Shown: positions 33,792 through 44,053 of the stretch, in pieces
How the letters are laid out: each line of letters begins with the position of its first letter
Position numbering within the stretch: position 1 is the first letter of the stretch
DNA from: a virus
Lineage: Duplodnaviria > Caudoviricetes
Direction: 5' to 3' (one strand)
DNA: 45,293 nucleotides
Virus record (IMG/VR): IMGVR_UViG_3300032303_001474
Location: 1 to 45,293 of that record
Notes under the pieces: generated by a model
Seen by the model: only the letters and a program-made list of their open reading frames with translations
The model's database searches: none
Told to the model about the DNA's origin: nothing
Translations under genes and position numbers: made by a program

Positions 33792-34177
33792 TTACTCTAC
33801 GATTTGGCAGAAGAAAGCCTGAGAATGGAAATAAAGGTTCTTTGGTTTTTGAAAGTTTAAGTCACAACATTGATCTGGACGATTCACATGATCACAATGA
33901 TGTAAACTCTCCAAAGATTAAAGCGTTTAACCTAAACAAAGGCTCAAGGTCAATTGGAAGTGCTGACTACACATTAGACCCAGATACAGGCTGGTATTAT
34001 GTCGCAGTTGCAATGCCATCTGGTTATTCGCTAGATGCGACAAACCCATATTTTTATGTGGTTGGTGGTGACTATGGTGGAATGACCGTGACTCCTACGT
34101 GGGTTAGAAACGGAGATGCTTTTAACCTCATCGTATGGATGCCTCAAGCACAACCTTTAACTATGGTTTGTGTATAA
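33788..34177 (+). CDS. Hypothetical tail-region protein
   Basis: 129 aa, coupled on both sides. Confidence 0.65.
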   Translation: MITLRFGRRKPENGNKGSLVFESLSHNIDLDDSHDHNDVNSPKIKAFNLNKGSRSIGSADYTLDPDTGWYYVAVAMPSGYSLDATNPYFYVVGGDYGGMTVTPTWVRNGDAFNLIVWMPQAQPLTMVCV

Positions 34178-36459
34178 TGCCACAGCTTAGAATAGATGAC
34201 TGGTCGGGTGGTATTACCGACAACTTTCTAAACGCTGACACAAAGATGTCACAAGTATGTGATAACCTGTTGGTCGATAGAAACGGCAAGTTATTTCTTC
34301 GGCATGGATCAACTCTTGAGTCTTCTGAATTTCCTCTCACACAACTTGGTAATACCAGAATAAATAGACTCATCGGTTTTAAAAAACGGGATGGGTCTTT
34401 TAAATATTTTAAAGTTCAAGGCAGAAAAATGTTTGCTTTGACTGGTAATGAGACATCAGGTCACGAAGAAATAACAGGCCCGTCTTCCCGCCCGTTCTTT
34501 ACAGCCGGTGGCGCTACAAGTCAAATTAACTATGATGAATGGAACGAGCATATCATAGGTTGCGTTGCTGATGAAACTGTTTATGCACGTCCAACACTAG
34601 GTTTTTTCAAGGATGAAAACGATATTCCGTTGGGGATAAACTGTGGATTGCCAGAGCTAACCGGGACACAGGTATCTGCTGGTGGGGTTGGCCGTCTATA
34701 TACATACTTCATTCACTATGTTTATCGCTACAATGTCGGAGACGTATCCTTTGAAACGCGCGGTCCAGTAAGCTTGCTTCAAACTGAATCGGTACTCATG
34801 GATGGGACTGCATCCACCAATTTATATTTTGATGCTTTCCCAAATGACAATGAATACGACAATTTTGATATCAATAATATTCAATTAAGAATTTTTAGAA
34901 CCACAGCTGATGGTCAAATTGGTTATCATGTCACAGATATTGCTGCGACTGAGATGACTTATGAAGACTTTGCTGCTGATACTGATATTGCTGACGGCGA
35001 ATTGGTCTATACAACTGGTGGTGTAAGTGATCACTATCAAGTGCCACATGCTAAGTATGTAACAATAGTCAATGGTATTGCTTGGTATGCAAACATATTA
35101 GACGATACGACGCTAAAGCCTAAGAAATTTAGAATTCAGCAATCAATACCTGGAGCCCCTTATAGTTGTCACCCGTCATTTATATGTGATGTGGAAGGCG
35201 AAATTGTTGGCATATCAAGGTTCTCTTCCTATCCGATTGTTTTTACGCAAGACAGGATTTACCGGCTCGAAGGTAGCTTTGCTGAGGATGGCTCAGGCTA
35301 TATAAGGGCTCGTGAGCTTGGAGCTGCGAGTGGTTGCGTTTCTCATAACTCGATTGTAAGAACGCCTGACGGTATTTATTACGCAGGCCAGGATGGTTTT
35401 TACGTTACCGACGGTCAATCTGTTACAAAGATCAGTCGTCATTTAGATCAAACATATCCAACATTTGTTCGAAACAAATCTGTCAAACAGAATATTCAAG
35501 GTGCTTTTGACGAAATAAGTGGTCGTGTTTACTGGTCTGTATCGACAGGTGAATACGGTAATGAATGTGATCAAATAATGGTTTTAGATCCATATTGGGG
35601 TCAATCAAACACAATGACATTCACAACTATTGGTGGCGGTAATAACTGGACATGCACATCATTTTTATTTTATCGAGACACATGGTATCGGTCCAGCATG
35701 AATGGATATATATATGTCCACTCAGCTGATGCTTATTCAGATCCGTATGAAGACATTTCAAATGACGTAGTATTGTGGTCAGATCGGGCTGTCATGTTTG
35801 ATTGGACAAGCGCTGCCATTAATTTTGGCACAGACGTTGAGAGAAAATGGGTCACACAAATGATATCCGTTTTCAAAAACGAGACAAATATAAGCGTGGC
35901 TCCGTGGAGCTGTAATGACGCTGGTAGCAATTTTAGGGAAATGAAAGAAGTCAGATATCGTGGAAATTTAAGCTGGGGGCAAGCTGACTTTGTTTGGGGT
36001 TCTCCCGAATTTACTTGGAATGATAGCGGCAATATTATTGCCAAAAGAAACTTTCCAGCTGGGACATTACGCTGTACCCACAAGCAGGTTAAATTCACAA
36101 ATGCGAAGACTATTATTATTCGTAGCGACGATTATGCCCCTGCTATAGTTAATAGCACAAACAAGACGGTGCTGTTGTCAAATAGCCCAATAGATTCATG
36201 GCCTAGCGAATTGGTTGGTTATTTTATCAGATTTGAAAATGACGACTATAGTAGCGAGTTTGAAATAAAAGCTGTGACAACCGACACACTTATTGTTGAA
36301 GACATCCTGGGGATTCTACAAACAGGTTCATTTGGATGGGAAATTGTTGGGTATCGTAAAGCAGAAAAGTTCATGCTTAACGCGACAACATTGCAGTATG
36401 AACTTTTTGGAAATAGTCATGCTGGATATGCAAAAGCTGATGAGGGTGGTAATGCCTAG
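34177..36459 (+). CDS. Probable tail nozzle (P22 gp10 / T7 gp12-like beta-propeller)
   Basis: DWSGGI, NLLVDRNGKLFLRHG, GCVSHNSI; start moved to ATG 34177. Confidence 0.7.
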   Translation: MPQLRIDDWSGGITDNFLNADTKMSQVCDNLLVDRNGKLFLRHGSTLESSEFPLTQLGNTRINRLIGFKKRDGSFKYFKVQGRKMFALTGNETSGHEEITGPSSRPFFTAGGATSQINYDEWNEHIIGCVADETVYARPTLGFFKDENDIPLGINCGLPELTGTQVSAGGVGRLYTYFIHYVYRYNVGDVSFETRGPVSLLQTESVLMDGTASTNLYFDAFPNDNEYDNFDINNIQLRIFRTTADGQIGYHVTDIAATEMTYEDFAADTDIADGELVYTTGGVSDHYQVPHAKYVTIVNGIAWYANILDDTTLKPKKFRIQQSIPGAPYSCHPSFICDVEGEIVGISRFSSYPIVFTQDRIYRLEGSFAEDGSGYIRARELGAASGCVSHNSIVRTPDGIYYAGQDGFYVTDGQSVTKISRHLDQTYPTFVRNKSVKQNIQGAFDEISGRVYWSVSTGEYGNECDQIMVLDPYWGQSNTMTFTTIGGGNNWTCTSFLFYRDTWYRSSMNGYIYVHSADAYSDPYEDISNDVVLWSDRAVMFDWTSAAINFGTDVERKWVTQMISVFKNETNISVAPWSCNDAGSNFREMKEVRYRGNLSWGQADFVWGSPEFTWNDSGNIIAKRNFPAGTLRCTHKQVKFTNAKTIIIRSDDYAPAIVNSTNKTVLLSNSPIDSWPSELVGYFIRFENDDYSSEFEIKAVTTDTLIVEDILGILQTGSFGWEIVGYRKAEKFMLNATTLQYELFGNSHAGYAKADEGGNA

Positions 36460-36799
36460 ACTTAACCTGGACACCTCAAATATTCAAGATCAAGCTACAG
36501 CTTTGGCCTTCAATAAACTCATGGATCAATCTGACCAAAATCCATTCTCGACTCTCGATGGAAAGATCATAAAATTTAAAGTGAAAACGTCGACAGCCAG
36601 CGAGCCGGTTATTCTTTATCACGGTCTTGGCTACACTCCAAACATTGCTGTATCGATGTCGATTGTTGAAGAGGATTATATCGGTCTTGCATTTAGTCCA
36701 GTCATCGACAACCAAGATACAAATGATAAAACCTTAAAAGTTATTGTCAGCTATCCTTGTGAAGTTGACATGCTTATGTTCGTCGGGAGAAGCGCATGA
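36452..36799 (+). CDS. Small tail protein (HGLGYTP motif)
   Basis: ATG 36452 after GAGGG, coupled to neighbours. Confidence 0.6.
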   Translation: MPRLNLDTSNIQDQATALAFNKLMDQSDQNPFSTLDGKIIKFKVKTSTASEPVILYHGLGYTPNIAVSMSIVEEDYIGLAFSPVIDNQDTNDKTLKVIVSYPCEVDMLMFVGRSA

Positions 36800-37467
36800 A
36801 ACTTTGGACATACGCAGAAGCTTCTCAAAAAATCGAAAGAGACTTAGATCTCCAGGAAGAGAAGTTTATTACACCTTCGGAGCTGATGGGTATCTTTAAC
36901 GATGCCATTGATGAGGCAGAACAATCAGTCTTAGGTTTATTTGAAGACTACCTTCTTTGTGAAAAGCAGTATGTATTGGTTCCCGGAAAAGACAGGTACA
37001 GTTTGCCAGATGACATTTATGCAAATAAGATCAGGTATCTCTGGTTTAACGACGGTCGAACGCGGTATCAAATCAAACGAGTCAGAGTAGATACGCTACC
37101 TTTTGCTGACCTTCCTTGTATTGCGTATACGTTTCAGGTTCAGCATAGAGACCCGGATGAGGGTGTAACGATAAAGCTTTATCCATCAGTCTCAGACTCA
37201 GGTGCGTACCTTAATCTTCAGTATATTAGAAACGCAAACAGGATTACTGATGACAGTAGTGTGATTGATCTTCCTGAAGCTATGAACTTTATCTTTGCTT
37301 ACGTTAAAGCTAGGGTCTATGCAAAGGAGACAAACCCCTTGTTACAAGTGGCAATGTCTGACCTCGAGGCACAAAGAGGATTTTTGCAAAGCACATTGAA
37401 GTCAATGACCGTTGACGATGACAATGAAATCATTCCTGACATGAGCTTTTATTACGAAATGAATTGA
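36796..37467 (+). CDS. Probable head-tail adaptor
   Basis: ELMGIFNDAI, YSLPDD, IKLYP, LPE..FIFAYV pattern. Confidence 0.65.
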   Translation: MKLWTYAEASQKIERDLDLQEEKFITPSELMGIFNDAIDEAEQSVLGLFEDYLLCEKQYVLVPGKDRYSLPDDIYANKIRYLWFNDGRTRYQIKRVRVDTLPFADLPCIAYTFQVQHRDPDEGVTIKLYPSVSDSGAYLNLQYIRNANRITDDSSVIDLPEAMNFIFAYVKARVYAKETNPLLQVAMSDLEAQRGFLQSTLKSMTVDDDNEIIPDMSFYYEMN

Positions 37468-37475
37468 GGTTTTCT

Positions 37476-38558
37476 ATGGGTTATTTACAAAGTGCTGGAA
37501 AAAATATATCAAAAGCCGCAGCTCCGGTCGCAAGGACAGTTGCTTTAACCGCACATAATCCCGTTCTTGGAGCTGCATATGGAGCCGCTGCTTTCAGCGA
37601 TGCTAATCGCGGTGGAAAGAACTACCTTAAAGGAAATCTTTACGGCAAAACAAAAGGCAGTGAAGCTGGGCCTGCTAAGCCCGAGGATAACTGGTGGAAA
37701 CAAGACCGACCTGAATCAAGGCGTGAAATTACAAATCCAGATGGCACTTTAAAAAACGCATATAGCTTACAAGCTCAACAAATAAACGCTCCTGCAAGTA
37801 GAATTGGTGAGCTTGATAATCGCATGAATAACGTTCAAGGTGTAAACTTTGCTAACGTTGGCAACATCGGAGCCGGTGCAGCGTTAGCTGGTTTGTCTGC
37901 TAGGTCAATTTCAAATGATTTAAGTCCACAAGCACAAGCAAGAATGAACCTCGCTGACGCTGAACGTGGTAGGTCAATGGATTCATTAAATAAGAACGCA
38001 GCTGGAGCAGCTTCAGGTGCAATGTCACAGCTTGCTGCCAGTGGCGGTATGGATAGCGGTGCTAGAAGTAGAATGGCTAGCGATGCAATGAAAGCCAGGA
38101 TGTCTGGTGCTTCAGGTATCTATAATCAAACTGGAATAAATAAAGCCAACATTGGCATTCAAGATCTAGGCAACCAATATGATCTTCAGACCCGTATGCC
38201 AGAAATGTTTATGAATTATGGTCGCAATCAAATGGTTGCCGATCAGTTTAATTCCAATCTTGGTATGGAAAAAGTCGGGATGTACAGAGATCAAGCTCGC
38301 GGAGAGGACGATAGATCCTTTATTGCAGCAAGAGATAACGCGGACAACAATCTACGGGCTAATCAGTTTAACGTACAAAACGCGATTGCTGATAAGAGCG
38401 CATCAGATGCATGGGATATGGAGCGATGGAAAACTCAGAACGCAGCTAGAGCTGGTCAATTTACGGCTGACTCACAAAATTACTACGCACAGCAGCAAGG
38501 TAAACGAGGCTTGCTTGGAAACAACGGTGGATTGCTAGGCACCGGATTAGGCGCATAA
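37476..38558 (+). CDS. Probable DNA ejection (internal virion) protein
   Basis: A/G/N/Q-rich, LAASGGMDSG, NQFN, Gly-rich C-terminus; GAGGT RBS. Confidence 0.6.
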   Translation: MGYLQSAGKNISKAAAPVARTVALTAHNPVLGAAYGAAAFSDANRGGKNYLKGNLYGKTKGSEAGPAKPEDNWWKQDRPESRREITNPDGTLKNAYSLQAQQINAPASRIGELDNRMNNVQGVNFANVGNIGAGAALAGLSARSISNDLSPQAQARMNLADAERGRSMDSLNKNAAGAASGAMSQLAASGGMDSGARSRMASDAMKARMSGASGIYNQTGINKANIGIQDLGNQYDLQTRMPEMFMNYGRNQMVADQFNSNLGMEKVGMYRDQARGEDDRSFIAARDNADNNLRANQFNVQNAIADKSASDAWDMERWKTQNAARAGQFTADSQNYYAQQQGKRGLLGNNGGLLGTGLGA

Positions 38559-38569
38559 GGAGATAAAAT

Positions 38570-38986
38570 ATGGAACCGATGACTATTGCGATGTTGGCCG
38601 GAGCCGGATTAGGCGCTTTAAAAAGCCAAGAAGAAAAAAACATTTGGGCAGATCAGCAAAAAGCTGAAGCTGAAAAAACCAGGTACGCACCGTGGACTGG
38701 TCAGTGGGGTCAGAACCTTCCAGGTCCAAAAGGTGACCTTGCAAACATGGCTTTTGGCGCTAGTGTTGGGGCTGGATTAAGCCAGGGAATGTCAGCAGAT
38801 CCAGCAAAAGCTGATAATTCTCAAACGAGCCTAACAAGCGAAACAGAGCCAACACAAGATTATTCTAAATATTCGTCTCAGCCTATGTACTTAAATCAAT
38901 CAAACATGTCTGGGGCTGCAACAGGTGACGATTTTCAAGATTGGCTGCAAAGAAAACATACAAACGTTGACTATAAAAGCCCATAA
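38570..38986 (+). CDS. Probable small ejection protein
   Basis: MEPMTIAMLAGAGLG start. Confidence 0.55.
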   Translation: MEPMTIAMLAGAGLGALKSQEEKNIWADQQKAEAEKTRYAPWTGQWGQNLPGPKGDLANMAFGASVGAGLSQGMSADPAKADNSQTSLTSETEPTQDYSKYSSQPMYLNQSNMSGAATGDDFQDWLQRKHTNVDYKSP

Positions 38987-39018
38987 GTTTTACGGTATTT
39001 GAATATTGAGGTTTTAAA

Positions 39019-40299
39019 ATGGATTCAAATAAAGACGCTACATTGTTGGACCGTTTAGCCAATTGGCTTGGTTATGAGAAAAAAGGTTTAAATGTTGACT
39101 TAATGCCGGAAGAGCTTCGTCCCAAAGCACAACAAGTAAAACCTAGTGATGGTGGTGGATCATACCAAAGCAGAATAAAGCCTGTTGACTCTTTAAATTC
39201 ATCTGTAAGTGTTGAGTCAAAGGTTAAATCCAAAAGCCAAGCTCCAGCAATACCAGCGGCCACATTTCCAAAAAAGTCTGAAGTTACAGTTCAAGACCCG
39301 CGAGGAACAAAATTTATAAATCCGTTCAAAGGCACTCCAGAGCAAGGTGTTTCGGATTTTGCACAAAGCGCTACCCCAATAATTGATGGCCTATTGAAAG
39401 CTGGTCAAAACAAAAGCCCAACTACATTTGCAAATATATCCGATAATAAGCCAGAGCGAGAAAACATAAGTATTGCAAACCAGTTCTTGGAGAAATACCG
39501 AGACAACGTGATGAATATGGACAGGACCAATCTTGGTCCTTTGATGGCTCTTGCAGACAAATGGATGGGTGGAAATACAAAGCTAGTAGAAAGTTACAAA
39601 TCTCCAGATAGCATAGATGAAGTTTATAAGACATTGATGCAATTGAATCAAGCTGGAATAAAACAACGCGACGATGCTGAACTTAAAAATAAACAGATAC
39701 AGCTTGATGCGTTTAATGACATTGTTCTGAAACCGAGAAATGAATTCATGAAAACTTTTGGACAAGTAAATCAGGGTAGGGGCAGAGATATTTCAGGTCT
39801 TTCTAGGGTTATAAATTCAGAAATGCAATCCGCTGAAAATTCCTACGCAAACAACTATACAAGAGCGCAGTCAGATTTGCTTCAATCAAGAACATCAAAA
39901 GATATTGAAGCTGCAAAGCTAAAACAAAGAGCCGAAGAAGTTGATAGAAAAATTAATGCTCATTTTGGTAGAACTGGTAGAGAGTCTAAACAGCAATATT
40001 GGGATGACATCGATAGAACGCTGGCAACATTTGTAGCTCCTAAATTTACATCCAAAGGCAGAGCATTGCCTGTTGATAGGAAGTTGTGGGGAGCAAAGAA
40101 TGAGGCTGAAATGGGTGCAGTTTTGAAATTTGCAGATTACATTGCCGCATCGAGGGGTGTTGATACTGGAGATATCGAAGCTGTTAAACGCGAAAGATTA
40201 AGAGCTTTAAATGATATAGCTTTGGGATACAACAATGATTCTTGGACTGACCCAGAGTTGAAAATGTTGCATGAAGATTACACCAAGGGTTCGAATTAA
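39019..40299 (+). CDS. Probable ejection protein
   Basis: 426 aa, no Cys, position in ejection cluster. Confidence 0.5.
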   Translation: MDSNKDATLLDRLANWLGYEKKGLNVDLMPEELRPKAQQVKPSDGGGSYQSRIKPVDSLNSSVSVESKVKSKSQAPAIPAATFPKKSEVTVQDPRGTKFINPFKGTPEQGVSDFAQSATPIIDGLLKAGQNKSPTTFANISDNKPERENISIANQFLEKYRDNVMNMDRTNLGPLMALADKWMGGNTKLVESYKSPDSIDEVYKTLMQLNQAGIKQRDDAELKNKQIQLDAFNDIVLKPRNEFMKTFGQVNQGRGRDISGLSRVINSEMQSAENSYANNYTRAQSDLLQSRTSKDIEAAKLKQRAEEVDRKINAHFGRTGRESKQQYWDDIDRTLATFVAPKFTSKGRALPVDRKLWGAKNEAEMGAVLKFADYIAASRGVDTGDIEAVKRERLRALNDIALGYNNDSWTDPELKMLHEDYTKGSN

Positions 40300-43200
40300 T
40301 GCCTCCAAAAAAGCCATTTGAGTTTGAAGATGTTGGCTCTTCTGATGCAGCAAAAGCAAAAAAGCCTTTTGATATTCGAGATGTTAATGTCGATGATCAA
40401 AAGAAAAAGCCATTTGAATTTCAGGATGTTCAAGATGGTCGATCAAACAATATAGACATTACAAAAATGTCTTCGCAAACGTCTTCTACAAATCCAATAT
40501 TTGATGACTATGTTCCACAGCCTCAAGATCCCGGCGAAAACAATGGCATGTCTTATATTAATCAGATGCTTGAGCTTATCTCCGCGCCTAGAAACCTTGT
40601 CAATCAGCAAATTGATAGCGCTATATCTGGAGGTAAGCCATCTATAAATGACAATGGTAAACACAACGCTAAAACATTTAGGCAAAATCTACTAAGAAGT
40701 TTTGGCGATTCCCAGTCAAGCATAGATAAAGCTGGATATGCTGCTGATCAATCAAGAGGTTGGAGGGATGATTTAAACACCGTTCTCTTTAATCCCTTTG
40801 ATAAGAATTATGATAAAGCAAAGTCAGATCTTGGCAAGAGAGCAGCTGACTCTGCTATCGATCTCGGCTATGAGGTTGCTACTGATCCGCTTAGTTATGC
40901 TGGAGCAGTTTTAAAAGGTGTGGGTAAGGGAGCAGAAGCTTTAGGCATTGTTAAAGCTGCTTCATCTCCAACTTCTGGGGCTTTAAAGGGAGCAGCTCTC
41001 GGTGGTAGCCTTGGCGTTGCTAATCAAATGTCTCATGAAGCAGGCGATGAAAGGCCATACATTGGACCAATTGAAGGCGCATCACTTGGGGTTGTTCCAG
41101 CTTTAACTACTATAGGAGCTGGTGTTGTAAGTGCGGCTGGAGACAAAGTTGTTAAAAATATTCTTGAAGGAAAGACTGCTCAGTACATGGGCAAGATGAT
41201 GGACTTGTCCCAATACCCAGCACTAAAGCCTGTAGCTGACGAAATTAGAAGAAAATCAGATTATGTTGCCCACATGATTAGACAAGGGAAACGTAAAGTA
41301 TTTGAAGGCATGACTGATGAAGAGGCTGTTCAAGTAGAGCAATTTTTTTCCAACGCAAAAAACCTATCAGATGAGATATCTCAGGGTGCATATTACGAAC
41401 AGACAAAGGCCCTTATTGGGGAAAAAAGTCTTGATGGTTTTAAGGATAAAGCCTTAGCTGAGCTTCAAAAGAAATATGCTGGTGATCAGGCAAGAGAAAT
41501 AACAGAGCAGATGATCAACACAAAGACCGCTGATCTTGCGCTTAAAGCACACGACCCATCAGGAAACGTTGGACGATATGTGTGGAATCAATCGCGTGAT
41601 GTAACAAATAAAACAATCAGATCAAACCCAAAGTTTATTGAGCTTTCAACAGGCCTATCAGATAAAGGTCTTAAATCTGCTGAAGATTGGGTGACTCACA
41701 ATATAAACGTTCGAGAGATGTACAACAAGGCCAAAGGGTACGATGAGGTTTTTGATCCTAATATTAATTTAAGGACAAGCAAACCTGGTGCCAATGATTA
41801 CACAACGACAGATGGTTGGGTAGGTGCTACTGCAAGGCCCTTAATTAATGACACTGCTGAAACGATCAAATCTAAAATTGAATCGGGAGTAGACGGCATT
41901 GGGCCAGTATATTCTGAACGAAAATCTTTTAACCCGACTTACAAAGATGGTTTTGAAGACATTGGAAATAACTCTGGTTTCATGGTTCAAGAAGGCAAGG
42001 GTGACGCATTAAAAAATCACCCAATGGTTGGCCTAGACTTTCACACTTCCGATGTATACGACAAAGAAGCTTTTGAAGCGTCGAAACAATTGTTTGCCAC
42101 ACAAGGCCAAGACGGTTTTAAAAGAAGTCTTTTTGGTGGTGAGTCTGACGCCGTAAGTAGATTGATTAAAGAGGGAGTCCCGCCCAGAGAGGCTTATGAT
42201 AGGGCCTATAGCGCGTATAGTGATCAAGCTGCTAAGGCTATGTTAGATGCAACAGAAAAAGAAGCTATGTTTATAGTCAACAAGGGTGGGCAATATTTTA
42301 AAGATCTACCGGGGCTTGGAGTTGTTGATGCTTTAACGTCGAGCGTAAAAAAGAAATGGCTCTATCTCAATACTTCGTGGGCAAAGACAAACTATTGGGA
42401 TAACCTTTTGAAAGTCATCACAGAAACTGGTTATATCAACGGCTCAAAATTTGCTGTTGGTGGTCCATTTCAAAAGAAGATGGCAAACGATATTGAAAAA
42501 ACTCTTGCAGGAACGCCTCTTCATATTTCATCAGATAGAACAAATAAATATATTAAGCTTGGTGTTGTTGATAACACATACAATCTTGAGGCAAAAGGAT
42601 TAACCGAAACAGAGATGGGCCTGAGATTTTCTCCCGATTCAAAATTAAGATCAGTGGATAATTCTTTTGCTGGAAAGATAAATAGAACTACAGATAACTT
42701 TCTGTCAATACCAGGTGTGAAACAATTTGCTGAAACAACAGCAGCACTTGGTCAACGGTTTGAAGTTAATGCAAGAATCATGACGTTTGAAAACCTTGTA
42801 AAGAATGGAGTACCTGAAGAGCAAGCTGCTAAGATGGTGCAAAAAGCATTTTACGATTACTCGAAGGTAAGTGCTTTTGGAAAAGAGATAGGGAAAAGAG
42901 TCATACCGTTCTATTCGTTCGTTACAAAAAATATGCAATACTGGCCCGAAGCTATGACGGATGCGACAAAGCTTGGCAGATTAAATAACGTCTTGACCTC
43001 CTCAAGAAGGTTGGGTGTTGGACCAGCAGAGAGAGACCCTGACATCGGTAGATCTATCGGCGCTGAAAATAGTTATTTAAAAAATGGATATCCACAGATT
43101 GCTGCTGGAGAGAATGATTATACAACCTTATACTCGGCTCCAAAGATGTCTGTCTTTGATGCTCTCGGAATGTATACAGATCCATTTAAAGTTGCTCATG

Positions 43201-43778
43201 GTATAACCCCATTTCTCAGGGTTCCGGCTGAATTGGGTACTGGCATTGACGTGTTTAGTGGTCAGCCTATGAATCCAGAAAAAAATCCCTATGGTAAAAA
43301 GAATTGGCTTGGAGCTAGCGGATATGGTGGTCTTCTTCTTAATAAGATTGAACCAAACTTTACGGCAGACTTTAAGTTGAGTGATCTTATTGCTGATGAA
43401 GAAGGAACAATATCTCAGAAGATGAGTCGAGCCGCTAAGGGAGCTATCAGCGCAGCACTTGGGCAGACATCTGTGAAGGCAAATAAAAATACAGGTACTC
43501 CAGAAACAACAAGCTCTTTGCCAATGTATTACAATAAGCTCAATGAACTAATACCGTTTGTTCCAGGTGTCGGGGGGCTTGGTACTTTGTATAATGTTTT
43601 GAATTCTCCTGTGGCAAAAACGGCAACAAAATCGTTTGAGAATATGCTGAATGAAGACAACGAAACAACCAAAGCGATTGACGTTTTGTCTGGTTTAATT
43701 GCTCCATTTGACACGATCAAAAAAGATACGAAGAAACTTGAAGATAAAAATAAAGAGATCATTCGAGGTAAGAAATGA
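40299..43778 (+). CDS. Large ejection protein
   Basis: 1159 aa; ATDPLSY, hydrophobic Gly stretch, FYDYS..RVIPFYSF. Confidence 0.65.
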   Translation: MPPKKPFEFEDVGSSDAAKAKKPFDIRDVNVDDQKKKPFEFQDVQDGRSNNIDITKMSSQTSSTNPIFDDYVPQPQDPGENNGMSYINQMLELISAPRNLVNQQIDSAISGGKPSINDNGKHNAKTFRQNLLRSFGDSQSSIDKAGYAADQSRGWRDDLNTVLFNPFDKNYDKAKSDLGKRAADSAIDLGYEVATDPLSYAGAVLKGVGKGAEALGIVKAASSPTSGALKGAALGGSLGVANQMSHEAGDERPYIGPIEGASLGVVPALTTIGAGVVSAAGDKVVKNILEGKTAQYMGKMMDLSQYPALKPVADEIRRKSDYVAHMIRQGKRKVFEGMTDEEAVQVEQFFSNAKNLSDEISQGAYYEQTKALIGEKSLDGFKDKALAELQKKYAGDQAREITEQMINTKTADLALKAHDPSGNVGRYVWNQSRDVTNKTIRSNPKFIELSTGLSDKGLKSAEDWVTHNINVREMYNKAKGYDEVFDPNINLRTSKPGANDYTTTDGWVGATARPLINDTAETIKSKIESGVDGIGPVYSERKSFNPTYKDGFEDIGNNSGFMVQEGKGDALKNHPMVGLDFHTSDVYDKEAFEASKQLFATQGQDGFKRSLFGGESDAVSRLIKEGVPPREAYDRAYSAYSDQAAKAMLDATEKEAMFIVNKGGQYFKDLPGLGVVDALTSSVKKKWLYLNTSWAKTNYWDNLLKVITETGYINGSKFAVGGPFQKKMANDIEKTLAGTPLHISSDRTNKYIKLGVVDNTYNLEAKGLTETEMGLRFSPDSKLRSVDNSFAGKINRTTDNFLSIPGVKQFAETTAALGQRFEVNARIMTFENLVKNGVPEEQAAKMVQKAFYDYSKVSAFGKEIGKRVIPFYSFVTKNMQYWPEAMTDATKLGRLNNVLTSSRRLGVGPAERDPDIGRSIGAENSYLKNGYPQIAAGENDYTTLYSAPKMSVFDALGMYTDPFKVAHGITPFLRVPAELGTGIDVFSGQPMNPEKNPYGKKNWLGASGYGGLLLNKIEPNFTADFKLSDLIADEEGTISQKMSRAAKGAISAALGQTSVKANKNTGTPETTSSLPMYYNKLNELIPFVPGVGGLGTLYNVLNSPVAKTATKSFENMLNEDNETTKAIDVLSGLIAPFDTIKKDTKKLEDKNKEIIRGKK

Positions 43779-44053
43779 AAAAGAAATCTCAAACTCCAAA
43801 AGAAGAAGCTGTATCTATGCGCATTCAACCAAAATTGATTGACGATAAGTTTGATCTTGAAGACGCCGTTCGCTCACTTGTGAAAGCCGAAGAGGTCAAA
43901 CAAGACGACAAGCTCATGGCCAAAATCAAACCAATGCTGAAGAAAAAAGTGATGTCAATCGAAGCTCTGCAAAAGCTTTATAACGATAAATATAATCAAC
44001 CTCTTTTAACGGAAGAGGAAGATCATAAGGCTGAAGGCGAGATGGTCGACTGA
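43775..44053 (+). CDS. Hypothetical protein
   Basis: 92 aa; 3' end overlaps the convergent integrase. Confidence 0.65.
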   Translation: MKKKSQTPKEEAVSMRIQPKLIDDKFDLEDAVRSLVKAEEVKQDDKLMAKIKPMLKKKVMSIEALQKLYNDKYNQPLLTEEEDHKAEGEMVD

